Source of the DNA: Camelus dromedarius
Lineage: Eukaryota
DNA: 64,000 bases
Assembly: GCF_036321535.1 (NCBI RefSeq)
Contig: NC_087436.1
Location: 35,962,001 to 36,026,000 of the forward strand
Direction: 5' to 3'
Shown piece by piece: positions 51,770 to 64,000 of the stretch; position 1 is the first letter of the stretch; every line of letters begins with the position of its first letter. The position numbers were made by a program, and so were the translations under genes. The notes under the pieces were generated by a model that worked only from the letters and a program-made list of their open reading frames with translations, was not told the DNA's origin and ran no database searches.

Positions 51770-51930
51770 GTATTCAGAGAGACAGAAAGCCCTGACTTAC
51801 AATATTGCCTTTATTACTTATTAGTTCTTGAACCATGGCAAGCTATTAATCTCCCTGAAAGTCAGTTTTCTCATCTCTAAAATGTAAACAGAAATACTAT
51901 TTTGCAGGGTCATTAGAATTACAGATGATG
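51770..51930 (+). mobile_element. MIR SINE
   Basis: 'ttacttattagttcttgaaccatggcaagctattaatctccctgaaagtcagttttctcatctctaaaatg'. Confidence 0.75.
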
Positions 51931-52769
51931 CATGCCTGCTCAACTAAAAGTGGAAATATTTCTAGATTTTTTTATTCCCTTCATGTATTCAATTTGTATT
52001 TTATTTTTTAACTTTAAAAATAATGCCAAGAAAAAAATCATACAATGAAATACATAACAGCATTTATTCATATTTATATAGATAGATCTACCTACAATAT
52101 TCAATATACACATTATACTTTTATTTGGGCTACATTTTTACTTCTTAGTTTTCCATGAAGGAAATCCTTGCTGCTCATGAGAACATTTGGCTTTTCTCAA
52201 CGTCTGAAGGAATACAGGTTCGGGTCACAAACGTGAATGTGAAATATCAGCTCATGGAAACTTGGCTTCAGAATACTGTTCTCCCTACTAATTTTGCAAA
52301 CTATGTAGGCAGGATAATCAATTATCACCGAAACATACTCACAAATATAACTAAAACTAACAAATTTTATGAGAAATTATTCTTATTATTTTAATGGCAA
52401 TTAAACATGCAAACACATTACCTTCTCAAGGCCATCAGAAAAGTTAACGTAAGCTTTAACCTTAGAGTGCATTTTTCTATTCAATAAATATATTACTCAA
52501 CTACTCTAAATAACTTTTAGTAAACATTTATCTATCTCTCCTGAGAAAAAAACTACATGAACAGTGATACAGTGAAGAGGTTAGAATTTGGAAATAGTAG
52601 TTTTCTCAATAAAGAACATGTAAAACAAATTAAAAAGATACACAATTTAGCTCAGCAACTTATTTTCATTTTGAATCAACAAAATTATAGCTAACACCAA
52701 AACGCTGATGCTTTCTAAATATATTAATACATCTAATAAGAAGAGTATGTAAAGCAGGTCTCTTTCATA

Positions 52770-52950
52770 CTAACTGCTTACTATGTGTGTCAGGTACTTG
52801 GACCTGTAAACAGAACAAAAATGCTAGCCCTTATGGAGCTTAGACTGGAGTAAGAGGACACAGACAATAATAGACATAGTAAATAAGTTAACTGTATGGT
52901 AATAAATACTATAGGAAAAATAACTCAGTAGCATAGGAGGGAATCAGGAG
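52770..52950 (-). mobile_element. L2 fragment
   Basis: 'tgcttactatgtgtgtcagg...gcccttatggagcttagac...acagacaataa'. Confidence 0.65.
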
Positions 52951-53279
52951 AACCAGAAAAAAGGAGGTGTGCTATCCATGGTGTCAGATAACTGATATGG
53001 TCACTGCCTAAGAGATGCTGCATTCGTACTGCTTCAGACAAATGAGATCTGCCTTATGAATATTTCCTAGCTCTTATAATTCGTATTAGCTTTTTGCAAC
53101 TGCTGTTATAATTAGTAATAAAAAAGGATATCAAATAGTTTTGTAAGACATGTTTGATTTGGCTTCTCCATCACCTCGCACATTGCCTGGCACCTAACAG
53201 GTGGCTCAATAATTATTTGGTGAATGACTCAGTCCAAGCCAATAAACAGTTTATCTGAATGGTTTTGGTCTCAAAATTT

Positions 53280-53415
53280 GTTCAGCAGTTTTCTTAAAGG
53301 GTCAGATAGGAAATATTTTCATACTGTTGGCCAAACAAGCAATGCTTGTGGCTGTGTTCCAATAAAACTTTACTTATAAAAACAGGCAGCAAGCACAGGA
53401 GTTTTCCAATCTCTG
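53280..53415. mobile_element. MER58A-like hAT-Charlie MITE (internally deleted)
   Basis: 'ttcttaaagggtcagataggaaatatttt...gtggctgtgttccaataaaactttacttataaaaacagg'. Confidence 0.75.
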
Positions 53416-53859
53416 CTTAGTTTATTCTGTATCTAACTGTCTTCAGTTAGATTTTCCTGGGAGTATAAAGGTAAGTTTATTATCTACTTACAAATGCTTA
53501 GTTTTTCAATTGTAATCAACTCAAAAACATTACACAACAACACATGCAAACTCCGCTTCTCCCTTCCTCTCCCTTTTCTTCTTTCTCCTTTTTTCCTTTC
53601 CCTTTCTCTTTTTAAAGTGAAGGCTGATAACTTCACTTAAACTGTGACAAAAACTACTTCACTAGCTGATGTTACAGCATAGTTTTTAGAAGGGAGAACA
53701 CACACACACACAGCACGACCAGTCGTCTAGTAATACAATGCAAACGTCAGAGACTGAATTCAGGTTTATAAACACGAAAGCAGAAGCTGGTCAAAGCATT
53801 AAATAAACAAACAATTCAAAGACATTAAGTCTGACAGAGAACTTAAGAATTAAATTAGT

Positions 53860-54010
53860 CAGTGGTTTACAGTGTGACTTCTGAAACTGCCTGAATTTGT
53901 TAAACTGCCAGCTCCACTGAATTAGGCAATTTCATTAATCTTTTTAAGTAACAGTTTCCTCAGCTGTAAAACGGGCAGTCATAGCTCCTACCTCATAAAG
54001 TCACTGCACT
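53860..54010 (+). mobile_element. MIR SINE
   Basis: 'cagtggtttacagtgtgacttctg...cagtttcctcagctgtaaaacggg...ctacctcataaag'. Confidence 0.7.
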
Positions 54011-54619
54011 CAATAAAATATCAGCCTCCTACTGGTCTTTGAAAATGTACGCTTACATTTTATCAAGAAGAGGAAACGAACACACCTTTAAGCCTGAAAA
54101 TATGGAATAATGAAGAACTCTTAAATATCCAAAGTACCTTATACATAATTTTAAAAAATATAACTTTGCTCACCTTTCCCACATATTAATATTTAATTGT
54201 CTTCACCTTTCTATTTACATAAAATAAACTATCTTTTGTTTTTATCTTATTACATCAAATGTTCTTTTTTTGCACTTTAATATCTAAAAAAGTTTCAGAA
54301 TCAAGATTTCCAAAAGGCATAAGTATTATAATTTGCTTATACTTGCTTTTTCCATAACAAAATTTACCTCTGAATAAGTCTGTCAGCAAATGTCATCAAA
54401 TACATAACCTTTCGCCATACATTTTACTGGCATAAGAGATTAAAAAGCTACTGAAAAGCCAACACTATTACTTGATATACAACATAATGACTGATCCAAA
54501 GCACTGAACTGATTCAACTGCACTGCTCCTTCCAGGAGACAAGAGTATAATCTAGCATTAAAATAAACTAAGGAAAAAAGGAAAAGTACATTTTCATAAT
54601 TTTAAAATTTAAACATTTA

Positions 54620-54730
54620 CTTATAGATCTTTGTGTGGACAAATGTTTTAATTTCTCTTGGATAAATACCTAGGAGATGGACTGCCATATAGTATGATAA
54701 GTATATGTTTAACTATATAAGAAACTACTT
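54620..54730 (-). mobile_element. Old L1 fragment
   Basis: 'ctttgtgtggacaaatgttttaatttctcttggataaatacctaggag...tatgtttaactatataagaaact'. Confidence 0.75.
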
Positions 54731-55155
54731 GTTTAAAAAAAAAAAACAGAGTGACAACCTTGCTTAAAACTGTCTAAAGATACTAACTTGATGGTATCCA
54801 TGGTTTTTATGAAAGAATACACACATTACTAATTATGTACAATTTACTGAGCTAATAGAGTGCTTTGACTAGAATCAATTAGATATCATATATAAATCAC
54901 CCAACAAATGCCTGATGGATAGTGTACACCTAATGACTGCTAGTTCTCTCTCTACTGTCAAAAATTTCCCTTTTCTTAATGTTCCCACCTCCCCTAGCCC
55001 AAACTTACATAAACCTACACTTAAATTGTTATTTGTTAAATAAGTTATGCAGTAGGACACAAACACACACAAAAATTTCAAACTATTTTTAAAAGCAAAG
55101 CCAGCTGTTCATCCATTGGTTTCAGGAGGGGAAGCTTCTAAAAGTAGTAGATCCT

Positions 55156-56097
55156 GAGTAATATTCCATTGTATATATAAACATACCACACCTTCTTTAT
55201 CCATTCATCTGTTGATGGACACTTGGGTTGCTTCCATATCTTGACTACTATAAATAGTTACTATGAATATAGGGGTGCATGTATCTTTTTGAATTGAGTT
55301 TTCATTTTTTCAGAATATATACCCAGGAATTGGATTGCTGGATCATATGGTAGTTCTATTTTTAGTTTTTTGAGGCATCTCCATACTGTTTTCCATAGTG
55401 GCTGCACCAATTTACCACCAACAGTGTACAAGGGTTCCCTTTTCTCCACATCATCGCCAACATTTGTTATTTGTAAACTTTTTGATGATAGCCATTCTGA
55501 CAGGTGTGAGGTGATATCTCATTGTGGTTTTGACTTGCATTTCTCTAATAATTAGTGATGTTGAGCATCTTTTTATGTGCCTGTTGGCCATCTGTATGTC
55601 TTCTTTGAAAAAAGGTCTGTTCTGGTCTTCTGCCCATTTTTTGATCAAGTTATTTGCTTTTTTTGATATTGAGTTGTATGAGTTGCTTATATATACTGAA
55701 ATAAGTCAGAAAGACAAATACTGTGTGATATGACTTATATGTGGAATCTAAAAAATGTTAAAAGAATTTATATAGCAGAACAGAAACAGGCTCACAGATA
55801 GAGAAAACAAACTAGTAGTTTGGGGAGAGGGAAAGAGGGGCACATTAGAAGTACTGGATTAAGAGATACAAATTATTATGTATAAAATAGATTAGCAACA
55901 AAAAATATACTGTATAGCATAGGGAATTATAACCCTTAACTTGTAATAACTTTTAATGGAGTATAAATTGTAAAAAATACTGAATCACTATACTCTACAT
56001 CTGAAAGTAATATAATATTGTAAATCAATTATACTTAAATAAATGAATGAATAAATAAGTAAAAAGGTAACTGATGACTAAAAAAATAAAATAAAAT
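55156..56097 (+). mobile_element. 5'-inverted (twin-primed) LINE-1 insertion
   Basis: 55156 to about 55695 is ORF2 sequence in minus orientation (ORFs 55261-55449, 55451-55648); about 55696-56097 is the L1 3' end plus A-rich tail in plus orientation; TSD aaaagtagtagatcct (55140-55155) / aaaagcaatagatcct (56098-56113), 14/16 match. Confidence 0.9.
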
Positions 56098-56427
56098 AAA
56101 AGCAATAGATCCTACACTCAGGAAACATTTTGAGTGAGCATCACCATCTTGTGTCCAAAAAGTGTAACTGCAATACCAAATTTATTGTCAAATAAAGAAC
56201 ACAGATGATAGAGACCAAAGAGTATGAGATCTAAAACTCTACTTTTCCAACTTTACTCTGATGTATATGCCAGTACATTACTGCAGACAAAGTTTAGATT
56301 GTTTATGTTTTATGATTATAATATTTTAAAATTTATCTGTACTTCAAGTTGTATTTTGCACATATCTAAAAGAACTGAGTTTTCTTTTATTACATGCCCC
56401 GCTGATACTTTTGCAAACCCCTTCCAA

Positions 56428-56447
56428 ACACACACACACACACACAC
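56428..56447. repeat. (CA)n microsatellite
   Basis: Direct reading of the sequence. Confidence 0.9.
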
Positions 56448-57360
56448 TGAATACTGAATAGAATGCCAGACACAAAAATGGAGTATCATTGTTAACACTC
56501 TCTATGCCCTTTAAAAATAATTACCAAATTCCAAATTAGCCCTTCTACTAATGACTTTAAAACATTCAATACACGGCTTAGGATTTAGTACTTGGCTACA
56601 CTTAACATTAGTTCCCAAATATGGTATTCTATAAGCATTAATAATCCAAGCAAAGAAGCTTTTTCAAACTTAAAAGCAACTCGATTTTAAATAATATAGT
56701 TAAACATGTCTGTTTTAACTCAAAACTATTTTTACATTCATAGAAGATTTTTTTTAAATAGTATATTAAACAGACCAAAATATTACAGGCTGAACAGGCA
56801 ACTGTTAAAAGAGAAAATATGCAGTTCAACAAGTTTTCCTTTTTCAAAGAGTAATAAATTTTCAGCGAAGAAGTTAAGGTGTTCTTCAACTGTCAACCAA
56901 GTTTTCCATTACACAACAGCAGCTTTAAGGCTGATTCACGGCTTTCCCCCTCTTTGCTGACAATCAAGTTGTTTAAAAAAAAGGTCATTTTTGCACACCT
57001 GGATAATATTTGCTTACTTTACAACCTGTTTGAAGAAAGGAACTTTTCAATAACAAGAAAGTTTGACAAGGTGATACCTAAAAAAACTTAAAAAACCATA
57101 AAACCTAAAATACCAAAACAAGAACTTCAGAAATTTGGTAAATAGTATCCTTTCATGTAGCATGTGGAATCTTTATTACTATCTCTGCGTCACAAAATAA
57201 GAGAATTATAGAACATGAGTGATATATCAGGGATTATCTAGTACGTCTTTGACAGGCACAGAAACAGAGGTCAAATGAACACACAGTTTGTTAGCAAAAG
57301 AACTAGAATTAGAAACCAAGATCCCTTAACGTGTGTCTGCATGTCTCATTCACCCCCCCC

Positions 57361-57699
57361 AATTTTATTTCATTTTATTTTATTGAGATATAGTTTACAT
57401 ACCATAAAATCCACCCATTTAAAGTGTACAGTTCAGTGTCTGTAGTGCAATCATCAATGAAGTCTAGTTTTAGGATATTTTCATTATCTGGAAAATTTTC
57501 CTTCTCGATTTTAGTAGTCAATCTCCACTCCCACGCTTAGCACTAGACAATCAATAATCTGCTTTCTATCACTATAGGTTTGACTTTCCTAGAAATTTAT
57601 ATAAATGAAATGATATAATACATAATCTTTTATATCTTCTTTTACTTAGAGAAGTGTCCCTAAATTTCATTCATGTTACAGTGTATATCATTCATTCCA
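57361..57699 (-). mobile_element. Old L1 (L1MB/ME-like) 3' end
   Basis: 'ttattgagatatagtttacataccataaaatccacccatttaaagtgtacagttcagtg'. Confidence 0.8.
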
Positions 57700-60600
57700 T
57701 TTTTTATTGAAGTATAACTGACTTACAGTATTATATTAGTTTCAGGTGTACAAATAGTGACTTGATTATTTGTACACAATATGAAATGATCATCACAGGT
57801 CTAGTTGCCACCTGTCACCACACCAAGTTACAACAATATTACTGACTATATTCTCTATGCAGCACATTACATCCCAGAGCCAATTTATATCTGGAAGTTT
57901 GTACTCCTTAAATTTCCTTCACCTTTTACGCCCATTCCTTCACTCCTCTCCACTCTGGCAACCATTAGTTTATTTTCTGTATCTATAAGTCTGTTTCTTT
58001 TGTTTGTTTATTTCTTATGCTTTGTAGATGCTACATGTAACTGAAATCATATAGTATATATTTTTCCCTGTCTGACTCATTTCACTTACCATAATATCCT
58101 CTAGGGTACATCCATATTGGCACAAATGGCAAGATTTCATTCTTTTTTATGACTCAGTAATTTCCACCGTGTGTGTGGTGTGTGTGTGTGACATCTTCTT
58201 TACCCACTCATCTATTGATGGGCACTTAGTTTGCTTCCAAATCTTGGCTATGTAAGTAATGCTGCAACAAGCACGGGGGAGAATATATCTTTTTTGTCTT
58301 AGAGTTTTTCTTCAGATAAATAATAAATTCCAGAAGTGGAATTGCTGAGTCATATGGTAGTTCCACTTGACCCTCACTAATACCTGTTATTTGTTGTCTT
58401 CCTGATAACACTCATTCTGACAGATGTAAGGTAATATCTCATTGTGGTTTTGATTTGCATTTCTCTGATGATTATGATGTTGAGCATTGTTTCATGTGTC
58501 TGCTGTCCTCTGGAAAAATGTGTATTCCTTGCCCATTTTTTAATCAAGTTGTCTTCTGATGTTAAGTTGTACGAGCTCTTTGTATATTTTGGATATTAAC
58601 CCCTTACTGGGTATATCATTTGCAAATATCTCCTCTCATTCAGCAGGCAGCATTTTCATTTTGTTGAAAAATTCCTTCACTGTGCAAAAAGCTTTTTAGT
58701 ATAACGTAGTCCCGTTTATTTTTGCTGTTGTCAGGAGACAGATCCAAAAAAATATTGCCAAGACAGATGTCAAGGAGCTGACTATGTTTTCTTCTAGGAG
58801 TTTTATGGTTTTAGGTCTTACATTTAAACCTTTAATTCCATATGAGCTTACTTGCATATGGTATAAGTGATCCAGTTTCATTCTTTTGCATGTAGCTCTC
58901 CAGTTTTCCCAACACCATTTATTGAAGAGACTGTCTTTTCTCCATTGTATATTCTTATCTCCACTGACATCGATTAATTGACTATATAAGCATACGTTTA
59001 TTCCTGGGCTCTCTTTTCTGTTCTATTAATCTATGTGTCTGTTTCTGTGACAGTACGATACCACTTAGATTACTGTAGCTCTGTAGGATAGTTAGAAATC
59101 AGGGAGCAGGATGCTTCCAGCTTTGCACTTCTTTCTCGAGACTGCTTTAGCTATCCTTGGTCTTTTGTTGTTTCATACAAATTTTAGGATTATTTGTTCT
59201 AGCTCTATGAAAAATGCCATTGGAATTTTGATAGGGACTGCACTGAGTCTGTAGATTGCTTTGGATAATACGGACAGTTTAACAATATCGATTCTTTCAA
59301 TCCATGAGCATAGCATCCCTTTCCATTTTTTGTTCTGCTAATATGGTATATTCCATGTTGATCAATTTGAAGATATTGAACTATCCTTACATCCCTGGAA
59401 TGTATCCCACTTGATCAAAGCGTGTGATCTTTTTAATGTTATTTGGTTTAATAATTTTGTTTGCTAATATTTTACTCAGGATTTTTGCTTTTATGTTCAC
59501 CAGGAATATTGGCTTGTAATTTTCTTTTTTGTGTATGATGTCTTCGTCTGGTTTAGGTATCAGAGTAACTAATGTGCATCTTGGAGAATGAGTTTAAGAA
59601 TGTTTCCAATTGCTTAATTTTTTTAGAATAGTTTGAGAATGATAGGCATTAACTCTTCTTTAAATATTCACCAGAATTCATCTGTGAAGCCATCTGGTCC
59701 CAGACTTTTGTTTGTTGGAGCTTTTTAATACATGATTCAATTTCATTACTACTAATTGGTCTGTTCAGGTTTTCTATTTCTTCCTGTTTCAGTCTTGGAA
59801 GATTGCATGTTTCTATGAATTTATCCATTTCCTTTAGTCTTGCAAGACTGCATGTTCCAAGAACTTTTATGAGTCTTTTATGATTCTTTGGGTTTCTGTG
59901 GTATTGGTTATAAGATCTCCTCTTTCATTTCTGATTTCATATATTTGGGTCCTCTTTTTTTCATGAGTGTGGCTTTAACTATGAACATAGATTGTTAACA
60001 ATATATTTGGTTCTTGAGGAGGTACGCTTGACTGATAAGAACTTTCATCTTAAAACTGCTTTTGCTGTGTCCCATAGATTTTGAAAAGTTGTGTTACCAT
60101 TTTCATTTGACTCAAGATATTTTTTCATTTCCTCTTTGATTTCCTTGTTGACCCATTAGTTGCTTAATAATATGTTGTTTAGTCTCCATGTGCTGTATTT
60201 TTCCAGTTTCCTTCCTGTAATTTATTTCTAAGTTCATATTGTTGCATTCAGAAAAGATGCCTGATATGATTTCAATCTTTTAAATTTACTGAGACTTGCT
60301 TTGTGGCCTAACATGTGATCTATTCTGGAAAATGGGCCATTCATTCTTTAATGTGTATTGTGCAGTTTTTGGATGAACTGTTGATAATTCAACATGACCT
60401 AATGTGTCATTCAAGGCCAGAGCTTCCTGATTGATTTTCTGTCTGGATGATCTATCTGTTGATATAAGTGGGATATTAAAGGCCCCTACTATTATTACTT
60501 TGCCATCAATTTCTCCCTTTAGGTCTGTTTATATTTGCTTTATATATTTAGGTGTTCCTATGTTGGGTACACAAATAATTACAAATGTTATGTCTTCTTC

Positions 60601-62475
60601 TTAGACTGGCACCTTGTCCCTTGTTACAGTCTTTGTTTAAAGTCTACTTTGTCTGAAATGACTATTGCTACCCCAGCTTTCTCTTTGTTTCCATTTGCAT
60701 AAAATATCTTTGCCCATCCATATACTTTCAGTGTCTGTGTGGCTTTAGATTTGAAAAAGGTCTCTTGTAGGCAGCATATAGGTGCATCTTTTTTATCCAT
60801 TCAGTCACCATAGGTCTTTTCATTTGTGCATTTAAAGTAAGTATTGCTATTCTAATTGTTTTCTGGTTGTTCTTGTAGTTCTGTGTTCCTGTCTTCTTCT
60901 CTTGGTCTCTTGTCTTGTGGTTTGATAATGTTTGATTTCCTTTCTCTTTATTTTTTGTTTCTATTGAAGTTTTTTGATATGTGGTTACCATGAGTTTCAT
61001 ACATATATATAGCTATCTGTTTTAAGCTGACAGTCGCTTAAGACAAATTCATTCTAAAAAGCATTACATTTTTACTCCTTCTCCCATGTTTTATGTTTTG
61101 ATGTAATATATACAACTTTCTATTTTGTGTATCCTTAACTTCTTATTGTAGTTATAACTTAATTTATTACTTTCTTATTTTAACCTTCATACTAGCTTTT
61201 GAAGTGGTTGATCCACTGCATTTGGCTTAAATTTGCCTTTACCAGTGAGATTTTTTTCTTTCATATATTTTCTTATTTCTAGTTATGGCCTTTTATGTTT
61301 AAGGAAGACCCTTTAGCATTTCTTGTAAGGCCAGTTTAGTGGTGATTAACTCCTTTAGTTTTTGCTTATCTGGGCAACTTTTATCTCTCCTTCAGTTCTA
61401 AATGATAAACCTTGCCAGATAGAGTATTCTTGAGTTCTAAGTTTTTTTCTTTCAAAACTTTTAATTTTCAGTGCCTGCTGAAAAATCAGCTGACAGTCTT
61501 AATGTCAGTTCCCTTGGATGTAACTACAGTTGACCTTTGAACACCACGGAGGTTAGTTAACCTGCATATAATTTATAGTCAGCTCTCAGTATCCACGGTT
61601 CCTCCACATCCAGCGATTCAACCAACTATAGATCATGTAGTATTACAGTATTCACTACAGGAAAATATCTGCGTATAAGTGGACCATCAGAGTTCAAATC
61701 CACATTGTTCAAAGGTCAATAGTAGTTGTTTTTCTCTTGCTGCCTTTAAATTTTTCATAATCTTTAATTTTTGTCATTTTATTTATAATGCGCCTTGGTA
61801 TGGATCTCTTTGGATTCATCTCGTTTGGAATTGTATTTCCTGGACATGGATATCAGTTTCCTCTTCCAGGGTAAGAAAGTTTTCTGCTATTATTCTATCA
61901 AATAAGTTTTCTCTCCCTTTCTCTTTCTCTTCCTTCAGGGAGGCAAATGTTAGTATGCTTTTTTCATTTCTGCTGTTCTGATTGGGTGATTTCCATTATT
62001 CTGACTTCCAGATCACTGATCTGTTCTTCTAAGTTTTCTAATCTGCTGTTGATTCTCTCTAGTGTATTTTTCATTTCAGTTACTGTGTTCTTCAGCTTTG
62101 ATTGGTTCTTTCTTATATTTTCTAACTCTTTGTTGACATTTTCACTGTATTCCTCCATTCTTCTCCCAAGTTAATGAGCATCTTTAGGACCATTAATTTT
62201 AACTCTTTTGTCAGGTAAATACAGATCTCCATTTCATTAGGGTTTTCTTGGCCACAACCTGCAGTTGTATGTTCTTCTTTCGTTTGGAACACATTCATTT
62301 GTCTTCTCATTTTGCTTGATTTTCTGTTTGTTTCTATGAATTAGGTGAAATGGTTACCTCTCCTGGTCTTAAAGGTATGGCTTTGTGTAGAAGCATTCCT
62401 TGTGCAGACTTGATGTGCTGCACAGCTTCGGCAGGCCAGCTGGAGCTGGAGGGAGTGAAGGCTTGGGGGGCCTGG
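57700..62475 (-). mobile_element. Long, internally deleted LINE-1 spanning part of the 5'UTR, ORF1, ORF2 and 3'UTR
   Basis: ORF1 coiled coil 'NKELENIRKNQSKLKNTVTEMKNTLERINSRLENLEEQISDLE' (61964-62158); EN-start remnant at about 60730-60860; ORF2 pieces 58226-58881; 3' tail at 57700; many stops and frameshifts. Confidence 0.92.
61527..61722. mobile_element. Tigger2-family MITE inserted in L1 ORF1
   Basis: TIRs cagttgacctttgaaca / tgttcaaaggtcaatag (15/17); TA duplication at 61525-61526 and 61723-61724; L1 sequence rejoins across it. Confidence 0.88.
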
Positions 62476-63889
62476 TCATGAGATCTCACAGTTTAACTTA
62501 ATTCTTAAATCAAAGTAATAGTATAAGCCCAAGGCAGTAAAGTTATTACTTAGCAAAAGATTTTGAGAAAAGAGCTGGATGCTTGAGTTTTGCTTTTGTT
62601 TTATTCCTGATGATTTTAAATTCAATAGTAGTCCACAGCGTGACTGAGCTGGCAAAGAAACTAATACAGTCCTGGAATGCATTAGCTGGTGCATAATATT
62701 CAGGTTAAAAGCATTAAGTGTCTCAGTAAGCTTTGTACTGATCACATTAAAACTTAATTATGGTATATTCATTTGCAGATACCATAATTTCAGAGAGAAA
62801 GGAACAAACAGACAATAGTTCAGGGGGAAAAAAAGGGTAAGAATGCTGAAGATGGAATAAGGGTACCACATGAAATAAAACAAGACATCAATCAAGCCTG
62901 GAGGAGAAAAGACTGGTTGGTGAGATGGAATGTAAAGATAAGACATATGACACAGCTTTCAAAAATAAAGAACCACATAGAAGAGGTATTAAAAACTGTT
63001 CTTTATAGCATTTTGGAGAAGAAACAGGCTGGTGTGTAGAAGCTGTAGACAGGAAAACAACAGCTGGTTCAGTAGAATAAAGAACTTCCTGACAGTCTGA
63101 GGCAAAGATGTATGGTTTATTTCATGAGTTAACAGGTTCCCCACAAGTACAGGTGAGTGAGCAAAGGATGGAGAAATGATGGGTAGAAATTTTATAAAAA
63201 GATCAATGCATCAGAAAGATAACTAAACCATCAGACCTTCCAGTTCTCTCCAATCCTGAAAGAATTAATTTCTCTTAGGACTTGGGTATCAAGGGCAATA
63301 TGTATTTTATTATGTTATTACTCTTTCTTTAATAGAAGATTAAACATACTATTTGCACGGTGCTGGCATCAAATACTATTTACTAAGCAAATATATAAAC
63401 ACAGACTCTTAACTCCTCCAAATTTAAATATCTAGACTGAAAATTCCAATCATGACAAATACTACAAAAGGATTTCAACACACAATGATAAAAAGCAAAA
63501 AAGCAATGCAACTTTAAGACTGAGATGTCATGAATAAATATTTACCAGTTTTCATACTATAAAAAACTGCATTTCTATATTTTTGGATTTTGGTGCGTCA
63601 TTAAGCTGGAAAGACTAATTATTTAGTCCAAGAAAATGGACTTGAAAAGATTAAATATTAAAAGAATGTTCAAGAAGAGATTAAAGGTAGTTTGAAGAAC
63701 AAGAAGTTAATACACCCTTACTACTATTATTGGTTTATTTTAAGCACAGCTTATATTATAGACTCAAATAATTTATCTTCAGAAAATTTATGCAATAAAT
63801 GTATTTAAACAATCTTTAGAAAAACTTTGTGGCTCATGTGTGAACAGACATAGGGTCTTTTACTAAACTGCTAAAAGCTTACAAGGAAA

Positions 63890-64000
63890 GATCAATGGCC
63901 AGTAAACTTTTTCTGTAGAGGTCCAAGTGGTAAATAATTTAGGCTTTACAGGCCCATAAGTCTCTACTGTAACTACTCTACAGTAGTAGTACAAATAGTC
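63890..64000. mobile_element. MER58-like MITE (runs to window end)
   Basis: 'agtaaactttttctgtagagg...gtaaataatttaggctttacaggccc...gtctctactgtaactactc'. Confidence 0.7.

Noticed and set aside
120..62946. Short ORFs of the six-frame track as protein-coding genes
   Set aside because: All are under 180 aa and many use non-ATG starts. The recognisable ones are broken L1 ORF1/ORF2 or their antisense frames; the rest are consistent with chance.
1..64000. Novel multi-gene system, CRISPR array or prokaryote-type operon
   Set aside because: The sequence is mammalian repeat-rich non-coding DNA, with no regularly spaced direct repeats and no long ORFs.

Overview
AT-rich, CpG-poor mammalian DNA, most likely from a camelid (three tRNA-derived SINEs resemble the camelid Vic-1 family). 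No intact protein-coding gene is supported; the only recognisable ORFs are broken LINE-1 ORF1/ORF2 remnants. Much of the window is interspersed repeat (young and old L1, L2, MIR, L3/CR1, MLT1, and hAT/Tigger-type DNA transposon remnants). The window looks like the intronic interior of a large gene transcribed on the minus strand. Evidence: several splice-site-bounded minus-strand exon candidates (149 nt at 47674-47822, closed in all three frames; 57 nt at 39847-39903; 21 nt at 38605-38625; 87 nt at 15887-15973) and a visibly A-rich plus strand. These fit a multi-exon non-coding 5'UTR or lncRNA. MBD5 is an unverified guess for the host. The clearest structural observations are retrotransposition signatures: a twin-primed 5'-inverted L1, an L1 with an extended tail inside its TSDs, a three-level nested insertion, and a Tigger2-type MITE inside an L1. 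I found no evidence of a novel multi-gene system. Repeat subfamily names come from recalled consensus motifs, and boundaries without TSDs are approximate.
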